Positions 10,646-21,545 are shown, counted from the first letter of the stretch. The stretch: DNA of 64,000 nt from a virus (IMGVR_UViG_3300021960_006627:1-64000); one strand, 5' to 3'. Translations and numbers: made by a program. Notes: generated by a model from the sequence alone, not told the origin.

Positions 10646-12409
10646 ATGGCATATCAAGTAGATAAATTTAATGGAACGTTTTTAACATCCGTAGAAGACG
10701 GCACTATCGATACTACCACGGATCTTAGATTCGTAGGTAAGAATTACGCTGGATACGGTGAAGTACAAAACGAAAACTTCCTTCATTTGCTTGAAAATTT
10801 TGCAAACACTTCATCACCACCAAAGGCTATTACTGGTCAAGTATGGTATGATAGTGGAAACAAGAAATTAAAGTTCTATGATGGAAATCAATGGAAATCA
10901 GCGACTGGTTCAGAAGTAAGTGCTACTGCACCTAGCGGATTACAATCAGGAGAACTTTGGTGGGACACATCTGCTAAACAATTATATGCATATTCAGGAA
11001 CTGAATTTATACTAGTTGGACCTGAAGCATCACCAGATTTAGGAACAAGTGGTGTTACAGCACAAGTAGTAAAAGATTCAGGTAATGCCAACCATTCTAT
11101 TTTAAAGATACAAGCCGGCGGAAAAACAATGGCAATTGTGTCTCAAACAGAATTTACTCTTAACACATCAGTAAATCCGATAGATGATTTTACTGTTGTT
11201 AAAAAAGGTATTACACTTGCCAAAGCAAACAGCAGTGGTGTTACGTCAGACAATTATATTTTCTGGGGAACGGCAAGCAATGCATTATCACTTGATGGAT
11301 TTTCAGCATCAGATTTTGTAACTACCGGATCACCCACTCTACCATCCGGATCTAGATTTGTAGATAGTGGATTCACGGTAGGCGATGGTAATGATCTAAG
11401 AGTAAGAGTTGAAAATGATGATGAAATAGTTTTAGAAAGTGTTCTTGGAAATCCAATTAAAATAATTATTAATGAAAATGCTCTAACTAGAAGAACTATC
11501 GCTGAATTAGGTGATACAGGTATTGTTCCTGGATTGACTAACCAGTATGATCTAGGATCAACTACTAAAGCATGGAAAAATGTTTATGCTACAACTGTAA
11601 CTGGAAATCTCGTTGGTAACGTTACTGGAAATACAACAGGAACACATACGGGTAACGTATTAGCAACTGATACACAAATTTTAATAAACGGTACATCAAA
11701 AGAAATTGGTTATTCAGGTGCTACATTAAGAGGAACACTCTTTGGATCAGTACAAGGTAACTTAACAGGAACAGCATCTAATGCAAGTGCATTAAACAGT
11801 ATTCAACCTTCAGAAACAGTGCCGGTAGCACAAAACAGTATCCCTATTAGGAACACTTCTGGTACAATTTTTGCAACAACATTTTCAGGTGTTGCCACAA
11901 AAACAGATAGAGTAAAAATTGATAACACCGCGACAGATTCAGATCCAGACTATAGAAGTGCCAAGACAACAGCAACACCTAGCACGATTGCTGCTAGAGA
12001 TAGTGCAGGCGATCTTACAGCCAATTTATTTAAAGGAACTGCAACAGCAGCAAGATATGCTGACCTAGCAGAAAAATATTTAACAGATGCAGAGTACGAA
12101 GTAGGAACTGTTATTTCTGTAGGCGGAGAAAATGAAGTTACTGCTTGTAATTCAGGCGATAAGGCAATTGGTGTTATTTCAGAAAATCCTGCGTTCATGA
12201 TGAATACGCATTTAGCCGGCGGACAATATGTTGCACTTAAAGGAAGAGTTCCTGTAAAAGTTGTTGGAGCCGTAAGTAAGGGTGACAGATTAGTTGCATC
12301 ACACAATGGTACTGCCGAGCGTTCAGATAGTTCTGCTGATACTTTTGCTATTGCCTTAGAAACAAGTAGTGAAACATCAGAAAAACTAATTGAAGCGGTG
12401 GTACTATAA
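10646..12409 (+). CDS. Tail fibre protein with C-terminal intramolecular chaperone/autocleavage (peptidase G2-like) domain
   Basis: Shared N-terminal module; C-terminal ADLAEKY...GVISENPA...VALKGRVPVKV. Confidence 0.75.
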   Translation: MAYQVDKFNGTFLTSVEDGTIDTTTDLRFVGKNYAGYGEVQNENFLHLLENFANTSSPPKAITGQVWYDSGNKKLKFYDGNQWKSATGSEVSATAPSGLQSGELWWDTSAKQLYAYSGTEFILVGPEASPDLGTSGVTAQVVKDSGNANHSILKIQAGGKTMAIVSQTEFTLNTSVNPIDDFTVVKKGITLAKANSSGVTSDNYIFWGTASNALSLDGFSASDFVTTGSPTLPSGSRFVDSGFTVGDGNDLRVRVENDDEIVLESVLGNPIKIIINENALTRRTIAELGDTGIVPGLTNQYDLGSTTKAWKNVYATTVTGNLVGNVTGNTTGTHTGNVLATDTQILINGTSKEIGYSGATLRGTLFGSVQGNLTGTASNASALNSIQPSETVPVAQNSIPIRNTSGTIFATTFSGVATKTDRVKIDNTATDSDPDYRSAKTTATPSTIAARDSAGDLTANLFKGTATAARYADLAEKYLTDAEYEVGTVISVGGENEVTACNSGDKAIGVISENPAFMMNTHLAGGQYVALKGRVPVKVVGAVSKGDRLVASHNGTAERSDSSADTFAIALETSSETSEKLIEAVVL

Positions 12410-13308
12410 TGGCAAGCGTCGGCAACGATATATTATCAACAGATATAAACACATTACAAACTAAGGCATCAGAAGTCTTAGGACCTGGAAGTGGAACATA
12501 CGGATATGGACAGAGCCTAAATAGTTCTCCTATTTCTTCAGGACAGCAAATTGCTAAGTCAGATTTTGATGCCATTAGATTTGATATTGTTAATATTCTA
12601 GTCCATCAGACTGGCTCCACGCCTAGTGCAGCACTAGCACAAAATAATATTCCTATAAGAGCAGGTGCAGGTGATCCTATCAATAATTATGATTCATTAT
12701 TAACCACGGCACGAAGCAATAGATTCGATATAGATTCAACACAACAAACATTAAGTTCGATAACAACAAAAACATATTCTGGAACATGGAGTACTACTGC
12801 TGAAGCAGTATTGACAGTTACTTTTTCAACAGCCACACAGGCAAGATACTTTTTTAATTCAGGCGGAAAAATAAGATTTTCTGCATCAAGGACAGGTGGA
12901 ACAAGTTCTCAGCAAAATAATGCCTGGACGAATTTACTAGATTCTGTAGGTGATCAAACCTTTGGTGCTAAAAATTCAACTCCGATAGGGTTTTACGAAT
13001 TAACAAATACTTACGAAACTTTTTATACGCTTTCTGCAAGCACTCCTTATTCGGCAAATAATTTTACACTGTCTGCAAAGTGTAATGTTGCTAGTAATTC
13101 TGCAGGAACTGCAACAACTGTTGATATTAAGATCGCTTTAAATGATACCTACGCAGATGCAGGCCCTCCAGCCCCAGGCGATAGTGTTGATGGAAATTTA
13201 GAAATTACAGCAGAAGAATTAAAAGCATCTGGAATACTTCAACCTACTTTGGCTTCATGGGTGATTTCATCACCTAGTTACAGTATGTCAAATATTACAG
13301 CAACGTAA
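12409..13308 (+). CDS. Virion structural protein (paralog of 13341-14345)
   Basis: EVLGxGSxxxGYGQ and ARxFFNSG...FSxSRxGGTSxxQN shared with next gene; Ser/Thr-rich. Confidence 0.6.
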   Translation: MASVGNDILSTDINTLQTKASEVLGPGSGTYGYGQSLNSSPISSGQQIAKSDFDAIRFDIVNILVHQTGSTPSAALAQNNIPIRAGAGDPINNYDSLLTTARSNRFDIDSTQQTLSSITTKTYSGTWSTTAEAVLTVTFSTATQARYFFNSGGKIRFSASRTGGTSSQQNNAWTNLLDSVGDQTFGAKNSTPIGFYELTNTYETFYTLSASTPYSANNFTLSAKCNVASNSAGTATTVDIKIALNDTYADAGPPAPGDSVDGNLEITAEELKASGILQPTLASWVISSPSYSMSNITAT

Positions 13309-13340
13309 TATCTGGATACTAAATAGTTTTGAGGTAAATT

Positions 13341-14345
13341 ATGGCCGCAGTACATGAAAAAATAAGAGTTCAAGATTACAACATCATTCAATCCTTAATT
13401 TCTGAAGTATTAGGTACAGGATCGGCAAATTTTGGGTATGGACAGGTTGTTCAAAGCAGCCAGGTGAGCCTTTCTAGCAGAGTCACAGTTAATGAATATG
13501 CTGCTCTGAGATATGACATAATCAATGCCTACAAACATCTTAATAATACAGCACCAAGTGGTGTTGATGCCCAAGTGATTGGATCATTGGTTAGATATAA
13601 TCTTGCTGATGCACCGGTTGAGTACTGGGAAACAATTTGTAATAATATTAGATTCAATAGATTAAACACACCTCCTGCCGGTCAAAGAAGATCTGTTGTA
13701 CATGGTCCCCAGTCAGAATCATGGCCCAATGCAACATACGGAGCATCATGGGGAGGATCAACACCTAACGATGTATTACAATGCAATGTAAATATATTTT
13801 GGCCTACATCTGCAGATGCAAGACATTTTTTTAATTCTGGTTCAGCAGTGCAATTTAGTAGTAGTAGAGTTGGCGGAACTTCTAATAATCAAAATGCATC
13901 TTGGAGTTCAATACTAACTACAGCGGGAACAAGAACTTTCCAAGGAAACTCTCCCGGAACAGGAACCGAACCAAATGATGGAACAAACTATTTTAGACTA
14001 AGCAGTACCTATCAAGTATGGAGCACGGTGACAGGATCATCACCATACACTCTTAATCAATGGAGAATTTCTGCTAGAACACCTACAGTTGCTGACAATA
14101 GTGCAGGAACAGCACGCGAAATAGACTTTTTAGTTGAATGGGTGGACAACCACGTTCCTCTAGGTGGTGATACAGAAAGTGGATCACCCGTAAGACCTGG
14201 ACCGTTTGGACCTGACTTTGTTGATGGAACAATCACACTTAATGTTGATACTCTTGAAGCAACAGGAGTTCTTGAACCCATTACAGCAGGAAACTTTACC
14301 ATAATTACACCAACCGTTACGATTGGTAGCATCATACCAACATAA
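13341..14345 (+). CDS. Virion structural protein (paralog of 12409-13308)
   Basis: Same shared motifs; TAAATA at 13320-13325 upstream. Confidence 0.6.
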   Translation: MAAVHEKIRVQDYNIIQSLISEVLGTGSANFGYGQVVQSSQVSLSSRVTVNEYAALRYDIINAYKHLNNTAPSGVDAQVIGSLVRYNLADAPVEYWETICNNIRFNRLNTPPAGQRRSVVHGPQSESWPNATYGASWGGSTPNDVLQCNVNIFWPTSADARHFFNSGSAVQFSSSRVGGTSNNQNASWSSILTTAGTRTFQGNSPGTGTEPNDGTNYFRLSSTYQVWSTVTGSSPYTLNQWRISARTPTVADNSAGTAREIDFLVEWVDNHVPLGGDTESGSPVRPGPFGPDFVDGTITLNVDTLEATGVLEPITAGNFTIITPTVTIGSIIPT

Positions 14346-14373
14346 AAATTTTTCCACCCCGCCCAACTCCTAA

Positions 14374-14408
14374 TAAATAATATGCTACTTTAATAAGGAG
14401 AAGCATAT
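14374..14408 (+). promoter_or_regulatory. Late promoter TAAATA plus RBS/start-occluding hairpin
   Basis: TAAATA 14374-14379; ATATGCT (14380-14386) pairs with AGCATAT (14402-14408), which includes the start AT; AAGGAG in the loop. Confidence 0.55.
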
Positions 14409-14757
14409 GCAGGAACAATACAAAAAGGCTTTGGATTTTTCTAAGTATAGACAGACTTTTTCGATCCAAAGAAAAACCCTAAAAGAAAAAATTGATGCCA
14501 AATTAACCTATGGGTTTAATGGTGGCATATTCAAAATTGATAGAACACTATTGAATTTTGTGGAAATGCTGATCTACAAGGATAGATCGGAAAACGTAGT
14601 TCTATTAGATTCTAACGAAACACCAATTTTGATTGAAGATTTGGTTACATTCAGAGAAGAAGTTTTTGATAGATATTTTTCAGCAACCTTTGAATATCAT
14701 GAGGAATATCAAAAAATTAAAAAAGCACGCTCAGTAGAATCATTGCTTGAATCATGA
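14407..14757 (+). CDS. Hypothetical protein, first gene of glycan cluster
   Basis: Good RBS; ATGA overlap with the glycosyltransferase gene. Confidence 0.6.
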   Translation: MQEQYKKALDFSKYRQTFSIQRKTLKEKIDAKLTYGFNGGIFKIDRTLLNFVEMLIYKDRSENVVLLDSNETPILIEDLVTFREEVFDRYFSATFEYHEEYQKIKKARSVESLLES

Positions 14758-15614
14758 ATAAAGGTGTCTTAGTTTTCGCTCACAATAGCCGCCAGATCGA
14801 TTATGCAAAGATTGCAATGGTGTGCGGTTCATTAGCCAAGAAAAATCTAAACGTTCCTGTTAGTCTGGCCACTGATTCATCAACGGTTGAGTGGATGAAA
14901 GAGTCTAAAATTTTTAAGAAAGCAAGCGAAATTTTTGACAAGATTATAATAACTGAACCACCTCTTTCAAATCAAAATAGAACATTTTCAGATGGAACTG
15001 AAAAAATTATTGCACCTTTCAGAAATTCAAATAGAAATAGTGTTTGGAACATTACACCCTATGATAGAACATTATTGATAGATTGTGATTATTTTATTTT
15101 TTCTGATACACTTAACAACTTTTGGGATGTTGATAGCGATATTCTTATTTCAAACAAATATAATGACGTGTATGGCGATGACAGGATAGGATACCTTGAT
15201 AAATTTGTTTCTGAAACTAGCGTGAAACTTTTATGGGCTACAACAGTAATGTTTTCTAAAAATGAAAATACAAAAATTTTCTTTGATCTAGTAGAATACA
15301 TTAGAGAAAATTATACATTGTTTGCCGACACATACAGATTTGACAATAGGCTCTATAGGAATGATATATCGTTTAGCATAGCAAGACACATCATGTATGG
15401 ATATGAAACTGATGATGACTATGCATTACCGCCGGTGCTATCAGTTCCTGACAAGGATATTCTATATGATGCTGACGAAACAGGTTTAACTTTTTTAGTA
15501 TCACAACATCTGGATAAAAATTATTTTGCTACAAAGATCAAAGGAAGAGATATTCACATAATGAATAAGCAAAGCATAACAAGAAATATAGATAAGTTAA
15601 TGGAGTTAGCATGA
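14754..15614 (+). CDS. GT-A fold glycosyltransferase (GT8-like)
   Basis: TPYDRTLLIDCD DxD motif; RNDISFSIA. Confidence 0.65.
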   Translation: MNKGVLVFAHNSRQIDYAKIAMVCGSLAKKNLNVPVSLATDSSTVEWMKESKIFKKASEIFDKIIITEPPLSNQNRTFSDGTEKIIAPFRNSNRNSVWNITPYDRTLLIDCDYFIFSDTLNNFWDVDSDILISNKYNDVYGDDRIGYLDKFVSETSVKLLWATTVMFSKNENTKIFFDLVEYIRENYTLFADTYRFDNRLYRNDISFSIARHIMYGYETDDDYALPPVLSVPDKDILYDADETGLTFLVSQHLDKNYFATKIKGRDIHIMNKQSITRNIDKLMELA

Positions 15615-16453
15615 ACTTTGGTTATCTAATAATTGTAAGCGACAAGGGTGACACAAACTATGCCAAACTGGCATATGCACTTGCACTTAGCATTAAGAAT
15701 ACTCAACGAGAAGGATACGACAAGGTAGCATTGGTAATCAATGACAAGGAACGAATAAAGAGTTTCACATCAACATGGGTGTTTGATAAAATAATAGAAT
15801 GGGATGGTGCTGAACACTGGGATGGCCGCTCATACATGGATCAACTAACACCTTTTGAACATACAGTGTGTCTTGATGCAGACATGTTATTCCTAAGAGA
15901 TTATAGCCATTGGGCAGAATATTTTATTAAAAATTGCGAATTATATATTGCTAATAAATCATTTACCTACAGGGGAGATGTAGTAACAAATGATTATTAC
16001 AGAAAGTGTTTTACAGCAAACGATTTACCTAATTTATATTCCTTTTATACGTTTTTTGTTAAAGATAGTGCGTTAGCAAAAGATTTCTTTAACTTACAAA
16101 GAGCAATTATTGAGAATCCTAATGAGTATGGTAATTTGTTTTTGACAAATTATAAGCCTAGCGTATTAGGAACGGATGAAGCATTTGCACTTGCTGCAAA
16201 AATATTAGATGTAACTAATGAGATAGCATATCCTTTAGAATTTCCTAGAGTAGTTCATTGCAAGGGAATGATACAAGATTGGCCATGGCCCGCTGAAAGT
16301 GTATTTGATCACGTTGGATTTTATTTTAACACACAAGCACAATTAAAAATAGGAAATTATCAACAGCACGATATTGTTCATTATGTAGAGAAGGATAGAG
16401 TTACACTAGAAACAATAAACATTTTGGAGGAGATAGCATGGAAGAAAAATTAA
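15611..16453 (+). CDS. GT-A fold glycosyltransferase (paralog of previous)
   Basis: TPFEHTVCLDADML DxD; TDEAFALA; HYVEK. Confidence 0.65.
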   Translation: MNFGYLIIVSDKGDTNYAKLAYALALSIKNTQREGYDKVALVINDKERIKSFTSTWVFDKIIEWDGAEHWDGRSYMDQLTPFEHTVCLDADMLFLRDYSHWAEYFIKNCELYIANKSFTYRGDVVTNDYYRKCFTANDLPNLYSFYTFFVKDSALAKDFFNLQRAIIENPNEYGNLFLTNYKPSVLGTDEAFALAAKILDVTNEIAYPLEFPRVVHCKGMIQDWPWPAESVFDHVGFYFNTQAQLKIGNYQQHDIVHYVEKDRVTLETINILEEIAWKKN

Positions 16454-17073
16454 AACTTCCTGATTTTGACGAATGGTTGAAAAACTATGTCGCACCAGAA
16501 GTAAAGTATCTTGCTGCATATGATAAAGAGACTGGTAGAGTACTAGCAGTTGGCCCAGACTATTCCATTGATACTGATAGATTTAAAAATACAATTTCTA
16601 TAGAAAATAAAATAGCAGAAGACATAATCACAGGTGAAATAAGAATAAGCAAGTGTTTCATTGATGCAATGTCAGGAAAATTAGAAATAACAGAAGTAAA
16701 AAATTTACACAAGATTGATGATATTCTACATAGGATAGTGGAAGTTCAATGGAGTGAAGTTGAAAAACCTGATATATTCTTAACTTACAATAGTAATAAT
16801 TTAATTGTTGAATTGTCGGAAGAATTTAGCGGCACTAAAAAATTAGATGATAAATTCCAACCAGTATCAAAAAGGAATGTATTCTGGGATGGCGAAACTG
16901 AATTAAATTTTTTAATTACTGACTATAATGATCCTCACGTTGTTTATGAGGAAGTAAATGTAAAAATAGGTGATTTAAAAAATGCTGTAGAATTTAAGAA
17001 CTTAAAATTACCTAAAAGGTTTAGCATATACACCAGAAGATTATTTAAGAATTACGTGTTGGATATTAAATGA
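16438..17073 (+). CDS. Hypothetical protein
   Basis: Coupled ORF in the glycan operon; no recognisable motif. Confidence 0.55.
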   Translation: MEEKLKLPDFDEWLKNYVAPEVKYLAAYDKETGRVLAVGPDYSIDTDRFKNTISIENKIAEDIITGEIRISKCFIDAMSGKLEITEVKNLHKIDDILHRIVEVQWSEVEKPDIFLTYNSNNLIVELSEEFSGTKKLDDKFQPVSKRNVFWDGETELNFLITDYNDPHVVYEEVNVKIGDLKNAVEFKNLKLPKRFSIYTRRLFKNYVLDIK

Positions 17074-17978
17074 AAAAGGTAGTAGAGTTTGATGTTTTCT
17101 TTCTTAGTTATGATGAGCCCAATGCTGATCTAAACTATGCGGATCTCTGCAACAAGGTGCCTTGGGCCAAAAGAATACACGGTGTAAAGGGTTCGGATCA
17201 TGCACACAAGGCAGCAGCAGAACAATCAGAAACTGATTGGGTATTAACAGTGGATGCGGATAACATTGTGTATCCGGAATTCTTTGACATAGAAATAGAC
17301 ATGGACAATCCGGACATTCGTGCATACAGTTGGTGCGGCCGCAACAACGTGAATGGCCTGCGCTATGGCAATGGTGGATTGAAACTGTGGAATAGAGATC
17401 ACGTGCTAAACATGAAGACGCATGAAAATGCTGATTCAGAAAGGGCACAGGTTGATTTTTGTTGGGAAGAAGGATACAGAAACTTTCCAAGAACATACAG
17501 CGATACCGTAATCAACGCAACACCATACATGGCATGGCGTGCTGGATTCAGAGAAGGTGTCAAGATGACGCTGGATGGCGGACTAAAGGTGCCCGCACAG
17601 GAAATTGAAAAGCGTGTGTGGTGGCATAACATTCATCGCTTAAGGCAGTGGAGCACTGTGGGCAGCCACACAGAGAATGGTCTGTTTGCAATCCTGGGTG
17701 CGAGGCAGGGCAACTATCTTACCAACTGCACGGACTGGGATCATGTGCGTGTGAGGGATTTTGAATTGCTAAAGGAAGAATACGAAACGCATGCCAAGAA
17801 ATTTGAGAATGACGAAACGGCAATGATAGAGGAAATTAAATCATTGGGGGAAAAATTAAAACACGGCCTTGGGTTTAACTATCCGTATCTTGATCCTGCG
17901 ATGAGCAAATACACCGTGGATCTATACAACGAATCCATTAACATGGGAACAACCTACTACAGCCAAACTTATGTATGA
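17070..17978 (+). CDS. GT-A fold glycosyltransferase-like protein
   Basis: FLSYDEPNA, TVDADN DxD, YGNGGLKLW, AWRAGFREGVK. Confidence 0.65.
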   Translation: MKKVVEFDVFFLSYDEPNADLNYADLCNKVPWAKRIHGVKGSDHAHKAAAEQSETDWVLTVDADNIVYPEFFDIEIDMDNPDIRAYSWCGRNNVNGLRYGNGGLKLWNRDHVLNMKTHENADSERAQVDFCWEEGYRNFPRTYSDTVINATPYMAWRAGFREGVKMTLDGGLKVPAQEIEKRVWWHNIHRLRQWSTVGSHTENGLFAILGARQGNYLTNCTDWDHVRVRDFELLKEEYETHAKKFENDETAMIEEIKSLGEKLKHGLGFNYPYLDPAMSKYTVDLYNESINMGTTYYSQTYV

Positions 17979-19026
17979 TGTATTTTATGTTAGCAGGGGA
18001 GCGGTAGATCAAGCGGCTTGGGAAAGTTTCAAGCAGCGTGTTCCCAATGCTCAGAAGGCAGAACACTGCGATACATTTGAAAAGGTAGCAAACAAATCAC
18101 TCACAAAACACTTCTGGGCAGTGTGGGATAACATAATCCTGGAGGATAGTTTTGAGTTTGACTATCGCATACCAGAGTGGGATGAAAAATATATCCACGT
18201 GTTCCGCAATGGTGCATACCATGATGGCATCTGCATATTTCCCAAGCGTGCAAGAATATTACAGAGAGAATGGGACTATCGTTTCTTTACCAACAAGAAG
18301 GAAATGGATATTACTGCAAGCCAACCAGTTCCATATGATGTTGCTTTCATATCCTATCATGAAGAAAACGCAGAAACAAATTTTAATAAACTGCTTGAAA
18401 AAGCACCGCATGCGAAATGGACAAGAGATGTCAAGGGCATACACCAAGCACACATAGAAGCAGCAAGGCGTGCAACCACGGACATGTTCTACATAGTTGA
18501 TGCGGATGCTGACGTGTTGGAAGATTTTAACTTTGACATGCAGATACCCTACTATGATTTTAATGCGAGAAAGAGCGTGTATGTTTGGCGCAGCCGTAAT
18601 CCAATAACGGATTTGGAATATGGATACGGTGGAGTAAAACTGTTTCCAAGAGAAGCAACGCTGAACATGGATACAAACACTCCGGACATGACCACGAGCC
18701 TTTCTGACAGTTTCCGTGCAATGGAACAAGTAAGTAACATAACAGCATTTAACACGGATGCATTCAGCACTTGGAAGAGCGCATTCAGAGAGTGTTGCAA
18801 GTTGGCAAGCAGAACCATACGGGGACAGAACGATGATGAAACGGATCAAAGACTTAGCAAGTGGTGTTCGGACTATGGGCGTGACAGACCTTTTGGCGAC
18901 CATGCGATCAATGGCGCCCGTGCTGGCAGGACTTATGGTGTGGCTAACAGTGCTAATCATGATGCTCTTAGGTTAATAAATGATTTTGATTGGTTAAAGG
19001 AACAGTTTGATGCAGGACAAGGATAG
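17971..19026 (+). CDS. GT-A fold glycosyltransferase-like protein with partially duplicated N-terminal domain
   Basis: FISYHEENA, IVDADA, YGYGGVKLF, TWKSAFRECCK (paralog of previous); YDVFYVS/YDVAFIS duplication. Confidence 0.65.
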   Translation: MYDVFYVSRGAVDQAAWESFKQRVPNAQKAEHCDTFEKVANKSLTKHFWAVWDNIILEDSFEFDYRIPEWDEKYIHVFRNGAYHDGICIFPKRARILQREWDYRFFTNKKEMDITASQPVPYDVAFISYHEENAETNFNKLLEKAPHAKWTRDVKGIHQAHIEAARRATTDMFYIVDADADVLEDFNFDMQIPYYDFNARKSVYVWRSRNPITDLEYGYGGVKLFPREATLNMDTNTPDMTTSLSDSFRAMEQVSNITAFNTDAFSTWKSAFRECCKLASRTIRGQNDDETDQRLSKWCSDYGRDRPFGDHAINGARAGRTYGVANSANHDALRLINDFDWLKEQFDAGQG

Positions 19027-20371
19027 AATACAAAGTTTTGAGCCTATCATGGACGAGATATCGCCCACCTTCTGCATGGCCAAGTGGCACCATACCACAA
19101 TATATCTGCAGACGGGAGAAACGCACAGTTGCTATCATCCCGCACCACACAAGATTCCACTGGAAGGATTGGAAGAGAATCCAAGCCAACTGCATAACAC
19201 TCCACAGAAGAAAGCGGAGCGACAGCAGATGATCAATGGCGAAAAGCCAAGCGGTTGCCAATACTGCTGGAACATTGAATGCATGGGCAAGGATTACATA
19301 AGCGATAGGAAGGAAAGAAATGCGAGTATCCATACTGAAGAAAGATTTGCTGCAATTAAGGCAGACCCTATGGCTGATGTTAATCCGCAGTATGTAGAAA
19401 TTTCATTTGGTAATGAGTGTAACTTCAAGTGCGGTTACTGCCATCCCAAGCACAGCAGCACATATCACAAGGAGATTAGGGATCACGGTCCATACACCAT
19501 GGTCAAGAATCATCGCAACGACATTGACTGGTTCAAGATACACAAGGAAGAGGACAATCCATACGTGAAAGCGTTTTGGAAGTGGTGGCCTGAACTGCGT
19601 AAGACGCTTACAATTTTACGCATCACGGGAGGCGAGCCTCTGCTACAGCAGAGCACGTGGCGCATGTTTGATGAGTTGGAAAAGAATCCAATGCCCAACC
19701 TTGAACTAAACATCAATTCAAACTTTGGTGTCAAGCACATACTGATAGAACGATTTGCTGACAAGGTTAATAGTTTAGTGGAGAAAGGTTGCATCAAGGA
19801 CTTCAAGGTATTCACCAGCATGGACACCTGGGGCGAACAGGCGGAATACATCCGCACTGGATTGGATTTGGAGTTATGGGAAAAGAACTTTGACACATAC
19901 ATGACCAAGACCAATCATCCACTAACGTTCATGGTCACATTCAACATACTAACCGTTACCAACTTTCACAAATTGTTGGAGAAGTTCCTATACTGGCGCA
20001 AGAAGTATAACGGTAATGAACAAACCAAGTGGCAGCGCATACGCTTTGATACACCCTACCTAAAGGAGCCACTACAGTATGACATGAACATACTGCCCAA
20101 GGAATACTTCATGCCCTACATGGAAAAGCATTTGCAGTTCATTAAGGACAACATGGATGATATGGATAGGCACAAGTTCAGCGAACTTGAATATGAAAAG
20201 TTTCGCCGCGTAGTTGATTACATGCGAACAACAAATTACTCTGCTGAGAAACTCGCAGAAGGTCACAAGGATTTTTTTAATTGGTTTGCAGAATACGACC
20301 GCAGACGCGGTCTTGACTTTGTCAAGACGTTTCCTGAACTGGAAGAATTTTATTATGACTGCGCCAAGTAA
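19010..20371 (+). CDS. Radical SAM protein with N-terminal Cys-rich (SPASM/twitch-like) segment
   Basis: CNFKCGYC, ITGGEP; N-terminal FCMAKW, SCYH, CQYCW. Confidence 0.85.
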   Translation: MQDKDRIQSFEPIMDEISPTFCMAKWHHTTIYLQTGETHSCYHPAPHKIPLEGLEENPSQLHNTPQKKAERQQMINGEKPSGCQYCWNIECMGKDYISDRKERNASIHTEERFAAIKADPMADVNPQYVEISFGNECNFKCGYCHPKHSSTYHKEIRDHGPYTMVKNHRNDIDWFKIHKEEDNPYVKAFWKWWPELRKTLTILRITGGEPLLQQSTWRMFDELEKNPMPNLELNINSNFGVKHILIERFADKVNSLVEKGCIKDFKVFTSMDTWGEQAEYIRTGLDLELWEKNFDTYMTKTNHPLTFMVTFNILTVTNFHKLLEKFLYWRKKYNGNEQTKWQRIRFDTPYLKEPLQYDMNILPKEYFMPYMEKHLQFIKDNMDDMDRHKFSELEYEKFRRVVDYMRTTNYSAEKLAEGHKDFFNWFAEYDRRRGLDFVKTFPELEEFYYDCAK

Positions 20372-21545
20372 GACTTTTTGTATTCTACCTTGGATTCATC
20401 TATATTCAAATCCTGATGGAACGGTATTACCTTGCTGCGTTGGAGATTGGCAACAATCTATGGGCAATGTCCAGGATGGCGATCTTGGAACAGTGTTTAA
20501 CAATGAAAGTTTCAAGACAATGCGCAAAAATATGTTGGCTGGAGAAAAATGCAGCCAATGCACTGCATGTTATCGAGATGAGGATGCCGGTAATAGCAGT
20601 TTTCGCAAGCATTCAAATGAACAGTTTTCTAAATACATAGACGATGCAATTGCCAATACCAATCCAGATGGAACCCTTGACGATTTCAAACTGAGATATC
20701 TTGACGTAAGGTGGAGCAATATCTGTAACTTTAAGTGCCGTTCATGTGGTCCGCTTTACTCGAGCAGTTGGGCGCAGGAGCATGGCAGCGAAAAAATCTT
20801 TACCTATGCTGGCGGAGCAAACAATGATGCACTGTATGAACAGTTTTTACCCCATTTTGATACCATAGAGGAGTTTTATTTTGCCGGAGGCGAACCATTA
20901 TTAACTGACAAACATTACGATATCCTCGAATACTTAATTAAGCATGGAAGAACAGATGTAAAATTAAGATACAACACAAACATGAGCGTTTTAAAATACA
21001 AAGATAAGAATGTGTTAGACATGTGGAAGCAGTTTTCTAACGTATATATCGGTGCTAGTTTAGATAGTTGGGGACCGCGTGCTGAATATATTAGGCATGG
21101 AACTATATGGAATGTTATAGAACAAAATATTAGAACTGTAAGAGAACAAGCACCACACGTTCATATGCAAACAAATACAGTTGTATCTATTCTCAATATC
21201 AAAACACTTACTAATTTTATTGACTACATGCTGGACAGTGGTTTGGTTGATACTAAAAATTACAATCCGCATTTTTATGTAATAATGAATCCTGAATTCT
21301 TAAGCCTACAACTTCTTACAGATGAAGAAATAGCAGATACTATAAAAAAATTAACAGAGTATGCTGATAACAAAGGCGGAAATATTAAAGAAGCACTACA
21401 AACTGTTATTAATGGCTTAAAATCGACAAAACATAATCCTGATATTATACATAAATTTAAAATTACCATTGATCATCATGATAGAAAACGTAAAGAAGAC
21501 GGACCTCTTATATTTCCTGAACTAGAGGAGTTGATGGAAGAATGA
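20355..21545 (+). CDS. Radical SAM protein with N-terminal SPASM/twitch-like domain
   Basis: CNFKCRSC, FAGGEP; FCILPW, DGTVLPCC, CSQCTAC. Confidence 0.85.
   Translation: MTAPSKTFCILPWIHLYSNPDGTVLPCCVGDWQQSMGNVQDGDLGTVFNNESFKTMRKNMLAGEKCSQCTACYRDEDAGNSSFRKHSNEQFSKYIDDAIANTNPDGTLDDFKLRYLDVRWSNICNFKCRSCGPLYSSSWAQEHGSEKIFTYAGGANNDALYEQFLPHFDTIEEFYFAGGEPLLTDKHYDILEYLIKHGRTDVKLRYNTNMSVLKYKDKNVLDMWKQFSNVYIGASLDSWGPRAEYIRHGTIWNVIEQNIRTVREQAPHVHMQTNTVVSILNIKTLTNFIDYMLDSGLVDTKNYNPHFYVIMNPEFLSLQLLTDEEIADTIKKLTEYADNKGGNIKEALQTVINGLKSTKHNPDIIHKFKITIDHHDRKRKEDGPLIFPELEELMEE

Noticed and set aside
18259-18960. 233-aa antisense ORF
   Set aside because: Shadow of the glycosyltransferase gene; no RBS or protein-like motifs.
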